Below, one piece after another: positions 1 through 5,396 of a stretch of 5,396 nucleotides of DNA. The DNA comes from a virus. Lineage: Duplodnaviria > Heunggongvirae > Uroviricota > Caudoviricetes. The translations under genes and the position numbers were made by a program. How positions within the stretch are numbered: the first letter of the stretch is position 1; every line of letters starts with the position of its first letter. The notes under the pieces are model-generated. The model had not been told where the DNA came from, searched no databases, and saw only the letters and a program-made list of their open reading frames with translations. The stretch lies in IMG/VR virus record IMGVR_UViG_2663763280_000004, one strand, 5' to 3'.

Positions 1-2
1 CC

Positions 3-104
3 GTGCGCGTCGAGCCGATCGCCGATCAGCGCGCCGCCGAGCAGTACGTGATTGACGAGTACAACAAGTTGAAAACTCGCCTGCGANNAGAGCGCCTCTT
101 ATAA
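3..104 (+). CDS. 3' end of an unidentified CDS (partial, frame 3), reading ...VRVEPIADQRAAEQYVIDEYNKLKTRLRxERLL*; product not recognised
   Basis: Only frame open across 1-101, stop TAA at 102-104. Bases 1-50 are visibly GC-rich compared with the rest of the window. The frame passes through the N calls at 87-88 and overlaps the next gene. By synteny it could be the end of the usher gene yraJ, but the peptide does not look usher-like, so it may be a foreign fragment. Confidence 0.25.
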   Translation: MRVEPIADQRAAEQYVIDEYNKLKTRLRXERLL

Positions 105-1174
105 CAGGACTTTTGTTGATATCCACATCCTGCGCTTATGCCTCCTCAGGAGGGTGTGGAGCTGACAGCACTAGCGGTGCGACAAATTACAGCAGTGTGG
201 TTGATGATGTTACGGTGAACCAGACAGATAACGTGACAGGACGGGAGTTTACCTCTGCCACGCTAAGTAGCACTAACTGGCAATACGCCTGTACCTGCTC
301 TGCGGGTAAGGCAGTTAAACTTGTCTATATGGTCAGCCCTGTACTTACCACCACTGGACATCAAGCAGGATATTACAAACTCAATGATAGTCTGGATATT
401 AAAACCACATTACAGGCGAATGACATTCCAGGACTCGTGACTGACCAGACCGTTTCTGTTAACACCCGATTCACACAGATAAAAAGCAACACCGTATATT
501 CTGCTGCAACCCAAACGGGTGTTTGCCAGGGTGACACGTCTCGTTATGGACCCGTTAATATTGGTGCAAATACCACCTTTACCCTGTATGTCACCAAGCC
601 ATTTCTCGGCTCGATGACCATTCCGAAAACGGATATTGCCGTCATTAAAGGCGCATGGGTCGATGGAATGGGAAGCCCGTCTACAGGTGACTTCCATGAT
701 TTAGTCAAGTTATCGATTCAGGGAAATCTCACCGCCCCACAGTCGTGCAAAATTAATCAGGGCGATGTTATTAAGGTTAATTTTGGATTCATCAATGGTC
801 AGAAGTTTACCACCCGCAATGCCATGCCAGACGGTTTTACTCCAGTAGACTTTAATATCACTTATGACTGTGGTGATACTTCAAAGATTAAAAACTCGTT
901 GCAAATGCGCATCGACGGTACAACTGGGGTAGTAGACCAGTACAACCTGGTCGCCAGACGAAGAAGTTCAGACAATGCGCCCGATGTCGGTATTCGTATT
1001 GAAAATCTCGGCGGCGGAGTTGCAAATATTCCTTTTCAGAACGGTATCCTTCCCGTTGATCCTTCCGGGCATGGCACCATCAACATGCGCGCCTGGCCAG
1101 TTAATCTGGTCGGTGGTGAGCTGGAAACAGGAAAATTTCAGGGCACCGCCACCATTACCGTCATCGTGCGGTAA
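86..1174 (+). CDS. yraK: Fimbrial adhesin-like protein (YraK-like); start codon ambiguous
   Basis: Open frame ending at TAA 1172-1174; the ORF track starts it at TTG 113. Extending in frame to aNN at 86-88 gives (M)RAPLITGLLLISTSCAYA/SSGG, a typical Sec signal peptide with an AxA cleavage site, if aNN is ATG. That yields 362 aa. The position, convergent on rsmI, matches the yraHIJK-rsmI arrangement of E. coli K-12. The symbol rests on synteny rather than a recalled sequence. Confidence 0.6.
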   Translation, partial: XRAPLITGLLLISTSCAYASSGGCGADSTSGATNYSSVVDDVTVNQTDNVTGREFTSATLSSTNWQYACTCSAGKAVKLVYMVSPVLTTTGHQAGYYKLNDSLDIKTTLQANDIPGLVTDQTVSVNTRFTQIKSNTVYSAATQTGVCQGDTSRYGPVNIGANTTFTLYVTKPFLGSMTIPKTDIAVIKGAWVDGMGSPSTGDFHDLVKLSIQGNLTAPQSCKINQGDVIKVNFGFINGQKFTTRNAMPDGFTPVDFNITYDCGDTSKIKNSLQMRIDGTTGVVDQYNLVARRRSSDNAPDVGIRIENLGGGVANIPFQNGILPVDPSGHGTINMRAWPVNLVGGELETGKFQGTATITVIVR

Positions 1175-1181
1175 AAGAAGA

Positions 1182-1205
1182 CGTTGCGTTTTGATTAACG
1201 CAACG
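1182..1205 (-). terminator. Hairpin terminator between convergent yraK and rsmI
   Basis: Perfect 9-bp inverted repeat, cgttgcgtt (1182-1190) and aacgcaacg (1197-1205), with a 6-nt loop. On the minus strand it is followed by TCTTCTTTTAC (complement of 1171-1181), so it fits best as the rsmI terminator. It lies 8 nt after the yraK stop. Confidence 0.5.
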
Positions 1206-1216
1206 CTTCGGCACTC

Positions 1217-1600
1217 TTACCCCTGCTGCTCCAGCGCATACTTATACAGCGCATTTTTCTTCACGCCGTGAATTTCTGCCGCCAGCGCCGCCGCTTTTTT
1301 CAACGGCAGTTCTGCCTGTAGCAGCGCCAGCGTGCGCAGGGCATCGGCGGGTAAGTCTTCTTCCTGTGCTTTATGACCTTCGATAATCAGCACCATTTCG
1401 CCTTTGCGACGGTTTTCATCTTCTTTTACCCACGCCAGCAGCTCGCCAACGGGCGCGCCGTGAATGGTTTCCCAGGTTTTGGTCAGCTCACGCGCCAGAA
1501 CCACGTAGCGGGATTCGCCTAATACCGCAACGATATCTTCCAGGCTATCTAACAGACGGTGGGTGGATTCATAAAAAATCAGCGTGCGCGGCTCCGCTTC
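1217..1600 (-). CDS. rsmI: 16S rRNA 2'-O-ribose C1402 methyltransferase RsmI (YraL), C-terminal ~127 aa only; 5' part absent beyond the junction at 1601
   Basis: Minus-strand translation reads [72 protein letters not shown]...YKYALEQQG*, which matches my recollection of the E. coli RsmI C-terminus. The frame is not continued past nn at 1601-1602. Confidence 0.85.
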   Translation of the reverse strand, partial: EAEPRTLIFYESTHRLLDSLEDIVAVLGESRYVVLARELTKTWETIHGAPVGELLAWVKEDENRRKGEMVLIIEGHKAQEEDLPADALRTLALLQAELPLKKAAALAAEIHGVKKNALYKYALEQQG

Positions 1601-1602
1601 NN

Positions 1603-1731
1603 GGTATTGCCTTCGACGGCGATGGCGATCGCGTGATTATGGTCGACCATGAAGGCAATAAAGTCGATGGCGATCAGATCATGTATATCATCGCGCGTGA
1701 AGGTCTTCGTCAGGGCCNGNTGNGTCGTGGC
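1603..1731 (+). pseudogene. glmM: Internal fragment (about 43 codons) of phosphoglucosamine mutase gene glmM, with no start or stop of its own
   Basis: Plus-strand translation [38 protein letters not shown](Q)(L)R contains the phosphohexomutase metal-binding loop DGDGDR and matches recalled E. coli GlmM. N calls at 1718, 1720 and 1723. The frame runs into a stop at 1735-1737 after leaving glmM-like sequence. Confidence 0.7.
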
Positions 1732-1882
1732 TTCTGATTTTTGCCATGAGTTCATCAGTCAATTCAGAAACCCACTGCAGAGCCAGCCCCTTCTCTTCAT
1801 CACTACACTCACTAGCCGCTACAAGCTTAAGAAAAAAATCAATGCGCTGGAGCTTCAAAGACTCCAAAAAATAGTCCTGCAT
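1732..1882 (-). CDS. Small prophage ORF, N-terminal ~50 aa only, behind a LexA-box promoter; possibly a Tum/DinI-like SOS-inducible antirepressor. 3' end lost at the junction
   Basis: ATG at 1880-1882 (minus) preceded by AGGAGG (complement of 1887-1892). Translation is MQDYFLESLKLQRIDFFLKLVAASECSDEEKGLALQWVSELTDELMAKIR. It lies immediately downstream of gene A in the same orientation, as tum does in phage 186. The functional guess is by context only. Confidence 0.45.
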
Positions 1883-1907
1883 CTTTCCTCCTATGACACC
1901 AAAGCAA

Positions 1908-1942
1908 TACTGTATACATAACCACTGTTTATATTTACAGTA
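1908..1942 (-). promoter_or_regulatory. LexA (SOS) operator with overlapping putative sigma70 promoter for the small ORF
   Basis: 1923-1942 CACTGTTTATATTTACAGTA fits the LexA consensus TACTGTATATATATACAGTA, with exact CTGT-N8-ACAG and an AT-rich spacer. An adjacent half-site TACTGTATA sits at 1908-1916. On the minus strand a candidate -35 TTTACA (complement of 1960-1965) and -10 TATACT (complement of 1939-1944) overlap the box, although the 15-nt spacing is short. Confidence 0.6.
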
Positions 1943-2034
1943 TATAATAATCTTACTGATGTAAAACGTTTTTTTACGTTCATCAGCCTGATATGCCTGG
2001 TATTATTAAGAGCACGAATTGTTAACCCGCGTAA

Positions 2035-4449
2035 TTAATACAGATTCCGCCACTTATCATCTTCCCGCAAACGCTGGTTCCGATAGAAGATACGCAGGCC
2101 TGCTCCTGACGGAATACTGCCACCGCGAAGGAGTAAATCGACCTCTTTCTCGCTGCCATCAAATCCTCTGGACTTCAGTTCATAGACGAGCTGCTGTCGC
2201 TGATGATCTGTAATTCGCTGTTTGTAGTCTTTACGCCGTTTCGGCTTAACCAGGCGTAACCTTGCTGCCAGTTCCCGGCGCTCTTTTTTGCTCATACTGT
2301 GCAGGTAATCGTGCAACTCCTTGTCATCCATGCGGGTAATGTCCGTTCTGGTGTCCCCATCAGCTGATTTATCTTTCTCCTGTTGGTTCAAATTTTCCGC
2401 AAGGGGACAGTTATTGCCACGAGTCCAAGGGGCGCAAGCGCCCTGGTCGGCTGCCGCCTCCTGAACGTCAACGGCCTTACGAACCATTTTCCACTTCACG
2501 GCATGAGTGCAGATCTTGCCCTCTGCAATAGGTGACCAGATGCCATAAATACGAATGCCGTGATCGCCATAGGCGGTCGGCTCTTCGTTGATTTCATAAG
2601 CGGTTCTGATGAGGTGATATTTGCGGGGAACCAGTACGCCGCCCTGCTTCATGATGTAGGTGGCAAAACAACCAGCATCAGCAGCAGCCAGAATGGCATC
2701 AAGGCGCGGGTTATCCAGTACCGGCGCACCTGCTTTTTTGTCACCCTGCTGCCTTGCCGCCTGACCAGCCAGCAATCGCAGTTCACGGTAAGCCTGACGC
2801 CCCGGAATACCAAAGAAGCGGAATTGCTGAACACGATGCAGAGACGCCCAGGCATTCACGTATTCAGCGTTATCACGCAGAGATTTACCCGTTTCCTTGC
2901 TGATCTCGCCAGCCAGACCACGCCCGTCAATGTTCTTACTGATATATTTCGCGATGTAGCTTGTCGGCGTTCCTTTGCGCGGATTAATCAGCTCAGACTT
3001 AAAGCGCGGCCCAGTGTTATTTCCCAGCTCCTCGCGGTCTTCACGGATGGCAAACTTACGCAGTAATGCAGTGATGGCGCGGCGGTCTTTTTTGCGCATA
3101 AAACACAACAGGTGCCAGTGAACTGTACCGTCATGATGCGGCTCAGCCACCCGCACGCCATACCACCGCAATCCGGCTTTGTGCATCGCCTTACGAAATG
3201 CAGCAAACATGCCGACCAGATAATCACTGCTTTGTCTTACCGTCGCATTTGTCCAGGTCGGGTTGGGCCTGCCGTTATTTAGCGTGGAATGGAAACGTGA
3301 CGGACAGGTGATGGTGTAGAAAACGGCGCAGTCACCGCGCATTTCCGCGATAAGCTCCAGACCTTTAACACAGGCCATCATCTCATTGCGGCGATGCGCA
3401 GGGTTGCTGCTGCTGGCGTTTACCACATCCTCCATGTCCAGCGTGTCGCCGTCTTCGTTCACCAGTTCATGAGAACGGAAAAACTCCAGCGACTTACGGC
3501 GCTGCTCACGTTTATGCAACACGGCTTCATAGCTGACATAGGGAGATGCTTTTTTGCTGACAAGGCAGACAGCACGCAACTGCTCTTCCCGCCATTCGCA
3601 ACGCATCTTCCATAATTTCCGATACCACCAGTCGGCGCACAACATACGCGCCAGCGAACCCGGAATGAGTTCATAGGGCACGGGTTTACGGCGGTTTCTT
3701 TTCCGACGGAGTTGCTCAAACGCAGGAGGGATGACATCCAGACGCAGGGTTTCCGCCGCCACCCTTTCCCATGTCTTGCGGATTTCTTCTGGCTTAACGT
3801 CATCGGTGGCATACAAATCGCCACAAGCTGCATCAAGGCACATGCTCATATGCGCAGCAACAAGGGTGGACAGGCGTTTCACCTGATCCTGACTCATTTC
3901 AGGCAGAATCAGCAGGCCGTCCAGCCCTTCATGGCTTGCCATAAAGCGAAAAGAAGTGGATAGCTGACTGTCGCGTACATGCTCCAGCCGTTCCAGACAT
4001 GGCTTAATCGTCTCACGCAAATAGCGGGAATAAGCCTTTGGCCTGCCCAGGCTGCTGAAGTATTCAATACGTTGCATCAGCGGCCTGCTGATATGGGAAG
4101 GCTGGGCGTTAACGTCCGCCAGTATGACCATGTCCGGATTAAAACGCTGCTGCTCATGCGCCAGCTTTGCCCGGCTAATGAGCTTATCCTGCTCCATTTC
4201 GCGTTGGACAGGATCACGGGATTCATTAAAGAAATAACGCTCCCAGACCTGATCACTCAGTGCCTCGCGGCGCAGTTGTTCCTGCTCGTTATCGGCAGCG
4301 TACAGAGTGATCAGGTTTGAAAGCGCAGAAACCGGCGCAACTTCCGCCGGGTCCAGATAAGGGTTAATAGCCTTTTTCGGGCTGTTCCATGAGAATGCTG
4401 CGGCGACCTCGTTAACGCCGCTGCAGTTGTTCATATCGGCATGACTCAT
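2035..4449 (-). CDS. Phage P2 gpA-family replication initiation endonuclease (rolling-circle initiator)
   Basis: 804-aa ORF with GGAG 7 nt upstream of the ATG. It contains the metal-binding motif [13 protein letters not shown] (HWH at 3112-3120) and the twin-tyrosine motif [12 protein letters not shown] (Tyr codons 2956-2958 and 2944-2946). Both match my recollection of P2 gpA ([25 protein letters not shown]). Confidence 0.9.
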   Translation of the reverse strand: MSHADMNNCSGVNEVAAAFSWNSPKKAINPYLDPAEVAPVSALSNLITLYAADNEQEQLRREALSDQVWERYFFNESRDPVQREMEQDKLISRAKLAHEQQRFNPDMVILADVNAQPSHISRPLMQRIEYFSSLGRPKAYSRYLRETIKPCLERLEHVRDSQLSTSFRFMASHEGLDGLLILPEMSQDQVKRLSTLVAAHMSMCLDAACGDLYATDDVKPEEIRKTWERVAAETLRLDVIPPAFEQLRRKRNRRKPVPYELIPGSLARMLCADWWYRKLWKMRCEWREEQLRAVCLVSKKASPYVSYEAVLHKREQRRKSLEFFRSHELVNEDGDTLDMEDVVNASSSNPAHRRNEMMACVKGLELIAEMRGDCAVFYTITCPSRFHSTLNNGRPNPTWTNATVRQSSDYLVGMFAAFRKAMHKAGLRWYGVRVAEPHHDGTVHWHLLCFMRKKDRRAITALLRKFAIREDREELGNNTGPRFKSELINPRKGTPTSYIAKYISKNIDGRGLAGEISKETGKSLRDNAEYVNAWASLHRVQQFRFFGIPGRQAYRELRLLAGQAARQQGDKKAGAPVLDNPRLDAILAAADAGCFATYIMKQGGVLVPRKYHLIRTAYEINEEPTAYGDHGIRIYGIWSPIAEGKICTHAVKWKMVRKAVDVQEAAADQGACAPWTRGNNCPLAENLNQQEKDKSADGDTRTDITRMDDKELHDYLHSMSKKERRELAARLRLVKPKRRKDYKQRITDHQRQQLVYELKSRGFDGSEKEVDLLLRGGSIPSGAGLRIFYRNQRLREDDKWRNLY

Positions 4450-5110
4450 GCACGTACTCCGTACACGGCAGAACTATCCACGCCACGTGAATAATCAAAT
4501 CCCACCCAGCAGCGCGGCCCGGAAACAGCAATGATTTCTGTTGCAGATTTACTCTCGCCAGCCGACACGCCGATGCTGCGTTTTGCCTTGATGTAGTGGT
4601 GAGTGAAATTGCGATACAGCGAACGAATCAGGGATGTGTCACTGTTAGAAACAATGACCGGATGACCTTCAGATGATCGATGTTCAAGAACGGATGCCAG
4701 GTGATACTGGTCATCTTCAGTGAAGCCGTCAGTGTGATAACCGGAAAACGTGCCGTCATACGGCGGATCGCAATACACCACATCCCCCGCGTGCAACATC
4801 GCCAGCGTTTCATCGAAGCTGGCGCAGATAAACGTTGCCCGCTGGGCTTTTACTGCAAATGCACGAATTTCTTTTTCAGGGAAATACGGATTTTTATAAT
4901 TACCGTAGGGAATGTTGAAATGCCCGCTCTTGTTATAGCGACATAAACCACGGTAACCGTGACGATTGAGATACAGGAAATATATCGCTTTCATGAAATC
5001 AGTAATTTCAGTTGAGTAATTAAACTCCTGCCTTATGTTGTAATAATCCATCTCCCTGTTTGCGTTCTCAAATAAAACTCTGGCGCGAGATATAAACGAT
5101 TCACAATCAG
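4446..5110 (-). pseudogene. dam: Phage-type DNA adenine methyltransferase (Dam-like), 5'-truncated by IS1 insertion
   Basis: Minus-strand translation from the IS1 boundary reads DCESFISRARVLFENANREMDYYNIRQEFN...[18 protein letters not shown]...VVYCDPPY.... This aligns with E. coli Dam from about residue 68 onward, including the DPPY catalytic motif. The N-terminal ~67 aa carrying the AdoMet-binding motif are missing; the frame continues into IS1 sequence and stops at 5199-5201. Stop TGA (4446-4448) overlaps the gene A ATG (4447-4449). Confidence 0.85.
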
Positions 5111-5396
5111 GGTGATGCTGCCAACTTACTGATTTAGTGTATGATGGTGTTTTTGAGGTGCTCCAGTGGCTTCTGTTTCTATCAGCTGTCCCTCCTGTTC
5201 AGCTACTGACGGGGTGGTGCGTAACGGCAAAAGCACTGCCGGACATCAGCGCTATCTCTGCTCTCACTGCCGTAAAACATGGCAACTGCAGTTCACTTAC
5301 ACCGCTTCTCAACCCGGTACGCACCAGAAAATCATTGATATGGCCATGAATGGCGTTGGATGCCGGGCAACAGCCCGCATTATGGGCGTTGGCCTC
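5111..5396 (+). mobile_element. IS1 insertion sequence, left end, continuing past the window edge
   Basis: 5111-5133 GGTGATGCTGCCAACTTACTGAT is the IS1 left terminal inverted repeat. The following 286 bp match recalled canonical IS1 almost base for base. Confidence 0.95.
5166..5396 (+). CDS. insA: IS1 InsA, partial (77 of 91 codons), GTG start
   Basis: Translation from GTG 5166 reads [77 protein letters not shown], which is canonical InsA. The ORF-track entry 5137..5349 is a different frame. Confidence 0.9.
   Translation, partial: MASVSISCPSCSATDGVVRNGKSTAGHQRYLCSHCRKTWQLQFTYTASQPGTHQKIIDMAMNGVGCRATARIMGVGL

Noticed and set aside
410-1271. ORFs 410..697 (-) and 975..1271 (+)
   Set aside because: The first is antisense within the adhesin-like gene. 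The second is out of frame and runs across the yraK stop, the terminator hairpin and into rsmI.
1649-1921. 90-aa plus-strand ORF spanning the N calls
   Set aside because: It crosses the glmM-to-prophage junction and the LexA/promoter region, and includes the X residues from the N calls. It is an artefact of concatenated sequence.
2560-3963. Plus-strand ORFs inside the gene A region (2560..3066, 3394..3615, 3712..3963) and minus-strand off-frame ORFs (2649..2855, 2988..3227, 3459..3836)
   Set aside because: All lie antisense to, or out of frame within, a long minus-strand ORF with clear P2 gpA motifs. They have no RBS and no recognisable protein features, so they are shadow ORFs.
3979-4320. 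113-aa plus-strand ORF
   Set aside because: Antisense to the 5' part of gene A. It is Leu/Gln-rich with no start context, so it is a shadow ORF.
4628-4946. ORFs 4628..4813 (-) and 4680..4946 (+) inside dam
   Set aside because: They are out of frame or antisense to the Dam-like frame, which carries the DPPY motif and aligns along its length with E. coli Dam.
1603-5110. Prophage integrated into glmM or rsmI as a real insertion event
   Set aside because: glmM is essential, only a 129-bp internal piece is present, and the joins coincide with N calls instead of att or IS ends. An assembly or chimera artefact is far more likely.
4446-5110. Dam-like methylase as part of a novel restriction-modification or defence system
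   Set aside because: It is an orphan Dam-type methylase translationally coupled to the P2-type replication gene, the standard layout in P2/186-like prophages. No endonuclease partner is present, and the gene is disrupted.
5137-5349. 70-aa ORF inside IS1 from the ORF track
   Set aside because: It is in the wrong frame. The real IS1 gene here is insA starting at GTG 5166, whose translation matches canonical InsA.

Overview
The window is a composite of Escherichia-type sequence with no convincing novel system. (1) 86-1600: chromosomal yraK-rsmI locus, with a fimbrial adhesin-like gene on + converging on the 3' end of rsmI on -, separated by a hairpin terminator. (2) 1603-1731: a 129-bp internal fragment of glmM, joined abruptly to rsmI at ambiguous bases 1601-1602 and to prophage DNA at about 1731/1732, with N calls at 1718/1720/1723. 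These joins fall inside genes and look like assembly or chimera artefacts. (3) 1732-5110: the replication module of a P2/186-like prophage on the minus strand: 5'-truncated dam methylase, then a P2 gpA-family replication endonuclease (804 aa), then a LexA-box promoter driving a small ORF. (4) 5111-5396: the left end of IS1 with partial insA, inserted cleanly into the prophage dam gene. No tRNA, rRNA or CRISPR array was seen. All identifications rest on reading the sequence and recalled protein families; no database search was run.
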